DNA of 64,000 nt from Octopus sinensis (GCF_006345805.1 NC_043025.1:9858001-9922000); one strand, 5' to 3'; positions 12,324 to 25,841 are shown, counted from the stretch's first letter. A program made the numbers and translations. The notes: generated by a model from the letters alone, not told the origin.

Positions 12324-12894
12324 CAATTTTTTAAACAAGGTAAATAACGCAAAAACACAAAGTAAGGACCGACTAGTCACGACTAGCTGGCGCGGATGCG
12401 CGGGTACGCGAGGGCGAGTACCGGGACCCCTGTTCTCAAGTAGTACCCACCATCTGAAGAATATTTATAGAAAATTTCATTTAGAAATATCCATTTGTGC
12501 GAAAGTAAAAGTCGAGTCCCGATTGTCCCCAGACAAATCCCTTTATATAGAAGTTAGCTCACAGCTGTAATCGAAAAAACCCCTTTTACTACTGTGAATA
12601 AAAAGAAAATTATGTTTATCGAATAAATGATGTGAAAGTAGTATTAATTATATCTCACCTGTGGTTTAATTAACGTATAAATTGGAGTCGGGACACCGAA
12701 TGAAAGTGTCAAAGTTCGTTTCGATAGGTCAAATAATAGGACATCGAACGTATAAATATTGCTTAGAGATAGCGAGAGAGTAGGATGAAGGGGAGAGAGG
12801 TAGATATATAAAGGGAAATGAGGAAGGGTGATGGGATGAGAAAAAGAAGGCGAGAGCTAGAGATACAAACGAGGGGGAAAGGGGAGACCATAGA

Positions 12895-12896
12895 TA

Positions 12897-12969
<73 letters not shown>

Positions 12970-13153
12970 GTCTATCCATCTATCCATCTATCTATCTGTC
13001 TGTCTGTCTGTCTATCTGTCTATCTATCTGTCTGTCTGTATGTCTGTCTGTCCGTCTATCTGTCTGTCTGTCTGTCTGTCTATCTGTCTATCCATCTATC
13101 CATCTATCCATCTATCTATCTGTCTGTCTGTCTGTCTATCTGTCTATCTATCT

Positions 13154-13185
<32 letters not shown>

Positions 13186-13474
13186 ATCCGTCTGTCTGTC
13201 TGTCTGTCTATCTGTCTATCTATCTATCTATCTGTCTGTCTGTCTGTCTGTCTATCTGTCTATCTATCTATCTATCTGTCTGTCTGTCTGTCTGTCTATC
13301 TGTCTATCCATCTATCCATCTATCTATCTGTCTGTCTATCTATCTGTCTGTCTGTCTATCCATCTATCTATCTGTCTGTCTGTCTGTCTATCTATCTGTC
13401 TGTCTGTCTATCTATCTGTCTGTCTGTCTGTTTATCTGTCTGTCTGTCTGTCTATCCATCTATCCATCTATCTA

Positions 13475-13508
<34 letters not shown>
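12895..13508. repeat. (TCTA)n/(TCTG)n microsatellite; similar tract at about 22820-23105
   Basis: Direct reading. Confidence 0.95.
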
Positions 13509-13509
<1 letters not shown>

Positions 13510-13510
13510 C

Positions 13511-13820
13511 AGACTGACTATGTCCATTCCGGTATCCCTCTTGATGGTGTCAAGCCAGAGGGGTTCTTGGTCGGCCTCTTCCTCTCTTGCCACTGACCAT
13601 TCCGAGCATGATGTCCTTCTCCAGGGATTTTCTCCGCATAATATGACCAAAATATGCCAATCTATGCTTGGTGATCCTAGCTTCTAGCGACATTTTCGGC
13701 CTGATCTGCTTAAGAACTTCTCCATTGCTGAGCTTCGCTGTCCATGGAATCCGTAAAAGTCTTCTCCAACACCAAAGCTCGAATGCATTAATTCTCTTCT
13801 GGTCAGCTTTCTTTAGTGTC
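13511..13820 (-). mobile_element. RTE-clade LINE ORF C-terminal fragment (partial duplicate at ~13945-14010)
   Basis: RINAFELWCWRRLLRIPWTAK...[29 protein letters not shown]. Confidence 0.85.
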
Positions 13821-13881
13821 CATATATATACACACATATATACATACACACACACACACAACACACACACCACACACACAC

Positions 13882-13932
<51 letters not shown>

Positions 13933-15347
13933 CCGCTCAGTCGAAGTCCTCTCTTGCCACTGACCATTCCGAGCATGATGTCCTTCTCCAGAGAAAATCC
14001 CTGGAGAAGGACATAGATATAGATAAAGTGGAAAAAAAAAAAGGAAGAACGGATAACGGGACAAGAACGGTGATTGATAGTAATGTAAAAGAGAAGAGAT
14101 AGATAGAAAGAAGAGAGGAGGAATTTGCATAGCAACGAAGTGTTTTTAAATGGTTTACAAACATCTTCCATGCTACAATTGTTATTGTTTCAGCACACGA
14201 TCTCAGATCAAGTCGCTTGTTATTTAAGTACATCTCCGTAATATATATATATATACTAGCAGTATCGCCCGGCGTTGCTCAGATTTGTAAGCAAATCGAC
14301 CCCGGGACTTATTCTTTGTAAGCCCAGTACTTATCCTATCGGTCTCTTTTGCCGAACCGCTAAGTGACGGGGACGTAAACACAGCAGCATCGGTTGTCAA
14401 GCAATGCTAGGGGAACAAACACAGACATACAAACATATTCACACACACTTATATATATATACATATATACGACAGGCTTCTTTCAGTTTCCGTCTACCAA
14501 ATCCACTCACAAGGCATTGGTCGGCCCGGGGCTATAGCAGAAGACACGTGCCCAAGATGCCACGCAGTGGGACTGAACCCGGAACCATGTGGTTGGTTAG
14601 CAAGCTACTTACCACACAGCCACTCCTGCGCCTATAAAGCATTTTTAGAGAGTTATAGCCAAAAAATAGCAAAAAAATGGAAAAAACGATGGTAAATTTT
14701 TTTTTGAGATTTAAAAAAGGTGGAGTTGCGTCCCCTAGATAGTTTGTGGTTTGTGTTTCTGATTCTCGACCCCATGTCGAATTTATCGATTTTTTTCAGA
14801 ACTGGGGGAACTTTTCAAAATTTTCGCTGCGTTAGTTTTGAATTATGACATTGGGCTATGTGTGTATCAAGTTTCATCAGAATCGGTTGAAAGCCGTGGT
14901 CAGGGTGAGGGTACAACCTGACAGACACACAGAAACACGCACAGACAAACTGCCGTTTATATAGAGAGATACTCTTTTACTTGTTTCAGTCATTTGACTG
15001 CGGCCATGCTGGAGCACCGCCTTTAGTCGAGCAAATCGACCCCGGGACTTATTCTTTTTCTAAGCCCAGTACTTATTCTATCGAATAAGTGACGGGGACA
15101 TAAACACACCAGCATCGGTTGTCAAGCAATGCTAGGGGGACAAACACAGACACACAAACACACACATGCATATATATATATATATATATACATATATATG
15201 ACAGGCTTCTTTCAGTTTCCGTCTACCAAATCCACTCGACCCGAGGCTATAGTAGAAGACACTTGCCCAAGATGCCACGCAGTGGGACTGAACCCAGAAC
15301 CATGTGGTTGGTAAATAAGCTACTTACCACACAGCCACTCCTGCGCC

Positions 15348-15480
<133 letters not shown>

Positions 15481-15491
15481 TATATAATATA

Positions 15492-16037
15492 TATATATAC
15501 CAATTAAGGACTGAACACGAAAAGTGGACAGTCAACATGCTAGATATAGACGTCAAATCGCCATTCACCACAAAAGATTATGTTCTCAGATCAAACTCAA
15601 CACAAAACCATAGCAATAAACAAGTGAAAAATATACGAAATAAAATAATTACCCATGTACTAAATTAGTTTCAGCTGTTATTTTCCGCAAGGAAAACTGC
15701 AGCCATCATCAGCATGGTCCGTTATAAATGTAATTTGCTGGACTAGATGCAAACACGGTACCGAAATATCGCGTGTTTGCATCTAGTCCAGCAAATTACA
15801 TTTATAACGGACCATGCTGATGATGGCTGCAGTTTTCCTTGCGGAAAATAACAGCTGAAACTAATTTAGTACATGGGTAATTATTTTATTTCGTATATTT
15901 TTCACTTGTTTATTGCTATGGTTTTGTGTTGAGTTTGATCTGAGAACATAATCTTTTGTGGTGAATGGCGATTTGACGTCTATATCTAGCATGTTGACTG
16001 TCCACTTTTCGTGTTCAGTCCTTAATTGGTATATATA
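15492..16037. repeat. Apparently perfect 266-bp-arm palindrome carrying a hammerhead in each arm (15812-15876 +, 15653-15717 -)
   Basis: Arms 15492-15757 and 15772-16037, 14-nt spacer; ccatg-CTGATGA-t-ggctg...cagct-GAAA-ctaatttag-TA-catgg. Confidence 0.85.
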
Positions 16038-16104
16038 AATATTTTAATCTTCGGATTCTTTTTTAATATGCTAGACCACTGGTCTTAATTGATAAATATC
16101 TATT

Positions 16105-16112
16105 TCTACCCT

Positions 16113-16155
<43 letters not shown>

Positions 16156-16225
16156 CTATATATATATATAAACATAACTATATATATATATAATACATAC
16201 TATATATATATATATATATACATAC

Positions 16226-16257
<32 letters not shown>

Positions 16258-16619
16258 CTATATATATATATATATATACACATACTATATATATAATATA
16301 TATATACACATACTATATATATATATATATATACATACTATATATATATATATATATACACATACTATATATATATATACACATACTATATATATATATA
16401 TATATACACATACTATATATATATATATATACACATACTATATATATATATATATACACATACTATATATATATATATATATACACATACTATATATATA
16501 TATATATATACACATACTATATATATATATATATACACATACTATATATATATATATATACACATACTATATATATATATATATACATACTATACATATA
16601 TATATACATACTATATATA
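16105..16619. repeat. (TA)n-CACATAC minisatellite
   Basis: Direct reading. Confidence 0.9.
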
Positions 16620-17905
16620 TTCTTCACCAAACTTTTTGGCGCCCTCCGATTCTTCCCCTCTCTTCCTCCCATCCTCCTTAATCCCTTCTTTCTCCTTCTC
16701 TCTTGGTCACTGATTCTGTCCCCTGCCTTCCACCCTCTTTGATTCCCTCTCTCTCTGTCTCTCTTTCTCTCTCTCCTGCGACCTGCTGCTTCTTCAACCA
16801 TTCTGTTGGCCTTCGTATCTCGACCAACATGCGTCCCCGCTACCGAAACGGTAATTATTTCTACGCCAGCTGCTATGTTGTTGTTGTTTTGTCTCATTTG
16901 GTCTAAAGTCGTATGACAACCACCGTTATATATATTTTGTTTTTTCATTATCTGTTTTCAATTTCGTTTTCGTCTCTTGTATTCACATCCGTCTTGTGCG
17001 TTCACATTCCTGTCTTCTACAAGAAATCTAATGCTTACAGCTTAGTTTTTTTTCTTGGGGCTGGCCGAGTTGGAGCAAATATCAGAATTGAACAGCCGAA
17101 ATTTGCTATGATGATTCGGTGTCTGACTGAAGATTGAAGGCTTCGAATGATTTGTCTGTGTTCCGTGTTCGTCCCTTCCTGTATTTCACGTTCATTATAT
17201 ATAAAAACATTCATTCTTATATTATTGCGGCGTTACGTGCACCCCCCCGTTTGTGTCAATTTTAAACCCTGCACGACTTCTATACACCTGTCTTTTACTA
17301 CTACCGCCATTGCTTCTTCACCAAACTTTTTGGCGCCCCTCGATTCTCCCCTCTCTTCCTCCCATCCTCCTTAATCCCTTCTTTTCTCCTCTCTCTTGGT
17401 CACTGATTCGTCCCCTGCCTTCCACCCTCTTTGATTCCCTCTCTCTCTGTCTCTCTTTCTCTCTCTCCTGCGACCTGCTGCTTCTTCAACCATTCTGTTG
17501 GCCTTCGTATCTCGACCAACATGCGTCCCCGCTACCGAAACGGTAATTATTTCTACGCCAGCTGCTATGTGTTGTTTTTTGTCTCATTTGGTCTAAAGTC
17601 GTATGACAACCACCGTTATAATATATTTTGTTTTTTCATTACTGTTAAATTTCGTTTTCGTCTCTTGTATTCACATCCGTCTTGTGCGTTCACATTCCTG
17701 TCTTCTACCAAGAAATCTAATGCTTACAGCTTAGTTTTTTTTCTTGGGGCTGGCCGAGTTGGAGCAAATATCAGAATTGAACAGCCGAAATTTGCTATGA
17801 TGATTCGGTGTCTGACTGAAGATTGAAGGCTTCGAATGATTTGTCTGTGTTCCGTGTTCGTCCCTTCCTGTATTTCACGTTCATTATATATAAAAACATT
17901 CATTC
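16620..17905 (+). mobile_element. Head-to-tail 1.86-mer of a ~690-bp Penelope-like/retrozyme-like unit inserted in (TA)n
   Basis: 16620-17216 repeats 17314-17905 near-identically; each copy has a permuted hammerhead-like motif (17064-17148, 17753-17837). Confidence 0.7.
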
Positions 17906-19126
17906 ATTTATATATATATATATATATATAGTATGTATATATATATATATATATATTATATATTATATATATATATATACAAACACACACACACATATAT
18001 ATATATGTGTGTGTGTGTATACACACGGAACAACTGTCACTTATTTTTATCTATGTTCGAATGATGTACGAAGAATGTACAGTTATCTCCCTTGTACTGT
18101 AAACGAAAGAGAAAACGTCTTTGTCCTTAATTTTGTTGATATTTTGAGAAATAAAGATGAAAAAATCGTGTTGATTCCCCTCCGCCTCTCTGTCCAATGA
18201 CGAATTCAGATGAAAAGCGCCCGGATCTTTTCACTTTGAACGGCAGTTTTTAAAAATAATTTCCACGTAACTAAACACTTTTAAACTTCGTATTCTGGTA
18301 GAATGTGTGAAAATAAAACATTTTTTTCTCTTGGCTTTCTTGAGAAAATTCTATAGTTTGTAAGATATTTGGGTTTTTTATTCTTCAATTTCTGCAATTT
18401 CAACCAATCAATGACGTCTATTGAGTTAAAAAACATTGTGCCGTATGAATATGTCCCTCGTTTAAGAAACAGGGATCTTTTCGGTTTGACGGGCAGTTTT
18501 TAAAAATAATTTCCACGTAACTAAACACTTTTAAACTTCGTATTCTGGTAGAATGTGTCAAAATAAAACATTTTTTTTCTCTTGGCTTTATTGAGAAAAT
18601 TCTATAGTTTGTAAGATATTTGTTGTTTTTTTCTTGAATTTCTGTCATTTCAACCAATCAATGACGTCTATTGTGCAACAACTAATAAATACATTCGGTT
18701 GTGCAAATTCTTTGCACGGGAAACCTGCCTTTGTGTGGCGTGTTTCCCCATTTTCTAAATTCGTCTTCGGCTTTCCTAGCCATTTTCTGCTTTGGCGACT
18801 TCAAAGCCATGAAGTCGTCGTCGAGAAGAACGGTGGTCTCCTTGGCAACGCTTGCGACGTTGATTTCCCTACCCTCCCCTTCCCCCACAGCTTCACGAGG
18901 GAGGGAAAGAAGGGGAGGAGCAACACAGGTGCAGCTGTGACCATGGACGCCGACACCGACACACGGAAAGAATTTGGAAGGACCCAGACGACAGCTTCAC
19001 AGTCAAACGACAACACAGGTGCCAGGTGAGGCTGGCAACGGTCATGATCGGATTGTTGCTTTCGTGAATCTAAACTAAAAGCTAAAAAATAATAAATAAA
19101 TAAAATAAAGTAATAATAATAATAAT

Positions 19127-19948
19127 CTATTTCTTTACTACCCACAAAGGGCTAAACACAGAGAGGACAAACAAGGATAGACACACGGGTTAAGTTGATT
19201 ATATCGACCCCAGTGCGTAAATGGTACTTAATTTATCGACCCCGAAAGGATGACAGGCAAAGTCGACCTGGGCGGAATTTGAACTCAGAATGTACCGGCA
19301 GACGAAATACCTATTTCTTTACGACCCACATGGGGCTAAACACAGAGAGGACAAACAAGGATAGACACACGGATTAAGTTGATTATATCGACCCCAGTGC
19401 GTAGCTGGTACTTAATTTATCGACCCCCGAAAGGATGAAAGGCAAAGTCGACCTGGGCGGAATTTGAACTCAGAACGTAGCGGCAGACGAAATACCTATT
19501 TCTTTACGACCCACAAGGGGCTAAACACAGAGAGGACAAACAAGGATAGACACACGGATTAAGTTGATTATATCGACCCCAGTGCGTAGCTGGTACTTAA
19601 TTTATCGACCCCCGAAAGGATGAAAGGCAAAGTCGACCTGGGCGGAATTTGAACTCAGAACGTAGCGGCAGACGAAATACCTATTTCTTTACGACCCACA
19701 AGGGGCTAAACACAGAGAGGACAAACAAGGATAGACACACGGATTAAGTTGATTATATCGACCCCAGTGCGTAGCTGGTACTTAATTTATCGACCCCCGA
19801 AAGGATGAAAGGCAAAGTCGACCTGGGCGGAATTTGAACTCAGAACGTAGCGGCAGACGAAATACCTATTTCTTTACTACCCACAAGGGGCTACACACAG
19901 AGTGGACAAACAAGGACAGACATAGGTATTAAATCGATTATATCGACT
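19127..19948 (-). mobile_element. SINE family B tandem array (184-185-bp unit)
   Basis: Junction aaagaaatag|gtatttcgtc every 185 bp; other arrays at about 20150-20557(+), 29175-29950(-), 36815-37410(+), 57100-57512(+), 61282-61630(+). Confidence 0.88.
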
Positions 19949-22015
19949 CTTACGTCCCCGTAACTTGGCGGTTCGGCAAAAAAGATCGATAGAATAAGCA
20001 CTAGGCTTCCAAAAAAAAAAAGTCCTGGTGTCGTTACTTCGGTATAGGTACATACGTGACTTTGTTTACATTTCTGAAGATTCCAGAAACCCTTTTCTCC
20101 CACCCCTAACCTTAACCCTAACCCTATCCGGTACTAGAGGGCGGCGAGCTTGCACAAACGTTAGCACGCCGGGCGAAATGCGTAGCCGTATTTCGTCTGC
20201 CGTTACGTTCTGAGTTCAAATTCCGCCGAGGTCGACTTTGCCTTTCATCCTTTCGGGGTCGATTAAATAAGTACCAGTTACGCACTGGGGTCGATATAAT
20301 CGACTTAATCCGTTTGTCTGTCCTTGTTTGTTCCCACTATGTTTAGCCCCTTGTGGGTAGTAAAGAAATAGGTATTTCGTCTGTCGCTACGTTCTGAGTT
20401 CAAATTCCGCCGAGGTCGACTTTGCCTTTCATCCTTTCGGGGTCGATTAAATAAGTACCAGTTACGCACTGGAGTCTATATCATCGACTTAATCCGTTTG
20501 TCTGTCCTTGTTTGTTCCCACTGTGTTTGGCCCCTTGTGGGTAGTAAAGAAATAGGTACAAAAGGCGGGACTCCAGCATGACCGCAGTCAAAATGACTGA
20601 AACAAGTAAAAGAATATATTTATATGTGTGTGCACCACCAGTTTTTTGTTATCTGCTTCTTCATCTTAAATTCCAATACAATTGTTATCTACACCGTTTG
20701 AAAGGCATTTGTAGAAAATTTTATTACAAAACACCAATTCTTCTAGAAGTTATGAGGAAACAAAGTTTTAAAGTGTTTAGTTACGTGGAAATTATTTTAA
20801 AAAACTGCCGTTCAAACCGAAACTATCCTTATTTCTTTTTGCGGCTGAACAGTGATAAACACGGTCTCATACACATTTTCGCATGAGCGATTTGAACAGT
20901 GATAAACACGCCAACACACACACATATATAGATACACAAATATTCAGGCTTTCACGAATCGCTTATGTGTTTATGTATGTATGTATGTATAAAGAGGATT
21001 GTAAGTTGAAAAAGAAAGTAAAGAAATAAGAATGTTCTACGGAACTTGCTGAACAAATACTTTCAGTTTTCCGAGATGAAAAGCGATGGATTGCCGAAAT
21101 CGGTAACCTGGAAAAATTTTGGAACAAATGATTCCGGAAAATCGATTTTGTAACTATTGAGTTTAAAAGTGTTTAGTTACGTGGAAATTATTAAAAAAAA
21201 ACTGCCGTTCAAACCGAAAAGATCCGAAATATCCATTTCTGGCAATCTTTCGTCTCTAGTAGACCTTTCCGTCTATTTCCGTAAAAAACTTCTTTTTATT
21301 TTACATATGGGCTTGCGGGAACTTTTGAAGTAATGAGAGCGAAAGAGACTAAGAGGAAGCGATTGTATGACGAGGGAATTTCTTTTTGAAGTCCCCGTGT
21401 GTGTGTTTGATGGGGTGTGGGAGACAGACAGTATGTTGTGTAAGTGAAGTGCTTCTGTTAGTGTGTGTGAAGAGACAGAGTAATGTGTGAAAGAAAGAGA
21501 TAACTGAAATTTTTTACTCGGTGTATGTGTATATGTATGTGTGTGTGTATATGTATCTATGTATGTGTGTGTGTATGTCATACAATCGCTTTCTCTTAGT
21601 CTCTTTCGCTCTCATTACATCAAAAGTTCCCGCAAGCCCATATGTAAAAAAAAAAAATTTTTTTACGGAAATCGACGGAAAGGTCTACTAGAGACGAAAG
21701 ATCGCCACACAATTTTTTTTTTTTTTCGTTTTTTTGACCGGGTTTAACGCTTTGGTTTAACCGGAATTTGAACTCAGAACGTAGTGGCAGACGAAATATA
21801 GCTTAAGTATTTCGCCCGGCTTGCTAAACGATTCCTGCCAAGCTCGCCGCCTTTTACTCATGTAGATACAACCAACCAAGACATGTGCGAATCGAGCAAC
21901 GAAAATGAATCAAACAGAAAAAAATACGCAAGAGTTATCGTTCTTTGCCGAAAAACAAAAACGAAACAAAACAGAAATGAAAAATAAATAAAAAAAAAAA
22001 CTACAGAACAATCAA

Positions 22016-22151
22016 CCGGAAGTTGTTAAACCGGAAGTACGTCCAAATCACCGCCATATTGATCCCATGTCGTTAGAAGAAACTTAAACGAAACATTTCT
22101 GAGGACATTTGGAAGGTCTTTATTCAATTTCTGTTGTACATTTTGGTAAGT
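22016..22151 (+). promoter_or_regulatory. Probable PRPF8 core promoter and non-coding first exon
   Basis: Two ETS-type CCGGAAGT sites (22016-22023, 22031-22038), a YY1-type CCGCCATATT (22051-22060), then a consensus donor TG|GTAAGT at 22145/22146; non-repetitive sequence upstream of the ATG exon. Confidence 0.6.
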
Positions 22152-23058
22152 TTCCACTGCTTTTAATTAATTTAATGATCAATTATGGTATCGGGATTAT
22201 TTTAGGCCTTCTTTGAAGGTGCATTGGGTTTATTTTCACTTGTTTATTGTTGTTATTCTTAACACGATTTTCACTTTGTTGCCAGCGGCAGATGCGATCC
22301 ATGAGGTTTAGCGCCGTGTTTCTCCCCTTTTTTGTGCCTAAGGACCCCTTTCATTCATATTTTCCTCACGGTTAGAGATTCATATAACCATTCGATGTCT
22401 AAAAACCCCTTTTATATTTCTGCAATTTAACGGAATCGTATAAAAAAATCGTTTAGCGCGGTGTTTGTCCCATTTTTCTAAGGACCCCTTTTATACTTCT
22501 GTAATTAAACATTTATAAGGAATCGTATAAATAAATCGTTTAACGCGGTGTTTGTCCCATTTTTTTTGCTTAAGGACCCCTTTCATTCCTATTTTCCTCA
22601 CGGTTAGAGATTCATATAACCATTCGCTGACTAAAACAAACCCTTTTATATATCTGTAATTAAACATTTATAAGGAATCGTATAAAAAAATCGTTTCGCG
22701 CGGTGTTTCTCCCCTTTTTCTGTAATTTTACCATAAAATTATGTATTGTGCATTTTGTTTTGTATGCGCTTCATCACCGCTAACAAACACGGAATTTGAA
22801 AAATTGTCCTGCATAAAACCTGTCTGTCTATCTATCTATCTATCTATCCGTCTATCTATCTATCTATCTATCTATCTGTCTGTCTGTCTATCTCTGTCTA
22901 TCTATCTATCTATCTCTGTCTATCTATCTATCTATCCGTCTATCTATCTATCTCTGTCTATCTATCTATCTATCTCTGTCTATCTATCTATCTATCCGTC
23001 TATCTATCTATCTCTGTCTATCTATCTATCTATCTCTGTCTATCTATCTATCTATCCG

Positions 23059-23093
<35 letters not shown>

Positions 23094-23675
23094 GTCTGTC
23101 TCTCTGTCAGTAGTACCCTTACGGTAATGCAAAACAAAAGGCTGGGGACTGTTAACATAAACGACACCGTAAACCGGAGGTTCCCAACCAGAGTCCCAGG
23201 GTCCATTTACGATTTTGTTGTTAAAAATTTATGTGCAATAAACTGGTTATTACGGAGATGTACTTGCATAGCAAGTGATTTGATCTGAGATCGTGTGCTT
23301 GAAACGAAAACAATTGCAGCGTGGAAGGTGTTTGTAAGCCATTTAAGAAACACACAAAAACCAGTCGATTCACTTCAACATTTGAGGTGCATCTCGGATT
23401 TTTGTCAGTGAAGAGGTCACGGTGTTAAAGCGAAGAAAATATTTTGACAAATTAAACTTAAATGTCGAAGTGAATCGAACGGCTTTTGTGTGTTTCTTAA
23501 ACTGGTTATATTTTTAGAATAAATACAATATTTAAATGATTTCTTTATACGATTCCTTATAAATGTTTAATTACAGAAATATAATAGGGTTTTTTAACAC
23601 CCAATTTGGTAAAATTTTGGTATTACATACACACACACACACATATCTATATAATTACAGTGCATAAAGAGATTG

Positions 23676-23842
23676 GGGTATTACTTGAGAACAGTGGTCC
23701 CGGTGCGCGTAGTCGATCCTTACTTTGTGTTTTATTTACTTTGCTAAGTAGTCGTTGTAGGATCGACTAGTCACGACTAGCTAGCGCGGATGCGCGACTA
23801 CGCGAGTGCGCGCACCGGGACCGCTGTTCTCAAGTAGTACCC
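23676..23842. mobile_element. Short MITE with GGGTA..TACTTGAGAACAG TIRs
   Basis: ~35-bp TIRs; partial relatives near 11815-11880 and 12370-12450. Confidence 0.7.
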
Positions 23843-23883
23843 TTACGGTATCTGCTTGAATAATTTATCCCTATATACTTATC

Positions 23884-23915
<32 letters not shown>

Positions 23916-23978
23916 ATATATATATATATATGTGTGTGCGTGTGTATATATATATGTGTGTGTGTGTGTATGTATATA

Positions 23979-24025
<47 letters not shown>

Positions 24026-24789
24026 ATGTATGTATGTATATTGCGCAGGTGATGTATAATGCAACGATACCTTCATTGTTGTGTGCGACCCACTGGTTTA
24101 TTCGTATGGCCTGTGCGGATTACATATATATTGTACAAGACAACGTGCGTGGTGTGTATATATTTGTGTGTGTGTGTGTAAATATTTATAGATCCATTTT
24201 ATATGTATGTAAAGGCGTGATGAAATGTGCATGATATATACGCGTGTATACATATTTATGTGCGTGCGTCGATCTGTGTAATATTATCGTGTGTATGTTA
24301 TACAACATAAAGACACACACACACACACAGACATATAATGTGTAATGTAGGATATAAACACAAGTAAATTTGTTTATTTTCGTGAATTTTTTTTTTGCCA
24401 AAAATCCCCGTTTTCGGATACGGGAGGTTACCGGAAAATTGCCAAAAATTGGCATTATGAAATTTTTGCTCCCCTTTCCCCCCAACGTCTTCAATTTTTA
24501 CTTTTTTCCCCAACACTAACCCTAAAATCCTAACCGTAAGTACAGAAATGTCTTGAAATTTTTGTCCAAATCCTGATGTCCATATTTTTCCGCTTATTTA
24601 GAAAAAAAAAATTTGTTTTTTAAAATTTTACAAAGACTTTTGGAAATTTTTTTCGGTATCATAATCTCCTTATTTTTCCGCATATTTTGAAAAACAAAAA
24701 TTGTGAAAAAAGTTAAAAATGAAGGAAATTGGTGTGTGTGGGGGAGTTATTTAGAATGCTTGTTGACCGTTTCAACAAAATCAAAAAAA

Positions 24790-25790
24790 ATTTTCTTCTG
24801 GTCGAGTAGCCCATCCTGCTCGAAAGGTCCCTGAATAAGGATTGCTGGACTGGGTGTGTATTGTGTTCTTGACCAAGGTACTTTGTTTCACATTGAATAA
24901 GGATTGTTTAAGGATGTTGAATGAACCATCCATGTTTCCAAAGGTGAATTATCCAAACCTAAGAATTCCTTTCAACACACAGCTATAATACTCCCCTACT
25001 ACTTCTGCTCGTGATCAGAGATGCACATATCATCAACCACCAAGGGACATGCTCAACTGGTTACGGTCAAACAACTGACAAGCAAATCTGTGGTATTGAG
25101 CAGAATATTTGCTGTAGCCCATCTTTTATACCAAGACAAAACAATGTACATGATAACACTTCCAATCAGTTAAGATCAGAAGCCACGAGAGCCACTGTCT
25201 GGTACTGAATCAGGGCATTATTATTATTACTGAGTGAGAAAGCAGTGCATGCCATCAAAGTGACACTGGGGTAAAATATACGAAGCCCAGTACACCCATC
25301 ATGACTAACTGTCTGATAAGGGCACACCAGGCACATGCATCACAACCATATGTGCGCGACATGATGATCTTGTATGAAGATAAACAGCGCATGAGCTTGT
25401 AGGTGGGGGCCCAGTTAGAATTTTCTTCAGGTCGAGTAGCCTATCCCGCTCAAAAGGTCCCTGAATAAGGGTTGCTTTAGGATGTTGAACGAAACACCCA
25501 TGTTTCCAGAGGTGAATTATTCAAACTCCAAAGAATCCCTCTCAACACTCGACTATGATGCTCCCCCACTACTTCTGCTCGTGATCAGAGATGCACATAT
25601 CGTCAGCCACTAAGGGACATGCTCAACTGGTTACGGTCAAACAACTGACAAGCAAATCTGTGGTATTGAGCAGAATATTTGCTGTAGCCCGTCTTTTATA
25701 CCAAGACTAAACAATGTACATGATAACACTTCCAATCAGTTAAGATGAGAAGCCATGAGAGCCACTGCCTGGTACTGCATCAGGGCATTA
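24790..25790 (-). mobile_element. Tandem partial plus full copy of a ~560-bp (TAA)n-bounded repeat (probable non-LTR 3' UTR or SINE)
   Basis: 24790-25220 repeats 25420-25790; flanked by (TAT)n. Confidence 0.6.
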
Positions 25791-25805
25791 TTATCATTAT
25801 TATTA

Positions 25806-25841
<36 letters not shown>

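Noticed and set aside
18660-19080. GC-richer segment with short ORFs
   Set aside because: No recognisable domain or splice structure; probably a retroelement 5' or ORF1 remnant, unassignable here.
20100-20130. (CCCTAA)-like repeats (also about 32500 and 55990)
   Set aside because: Two or three units embedded in repeat families; not interstitial telomere arrays.
25420-25570. Apparent minus-strand stem I (gtcgagt/actcgac) before CTGAAGA
   Set aside because: The pairing is absent in the neighbouring copy and no matching GAAA/stem III was found.
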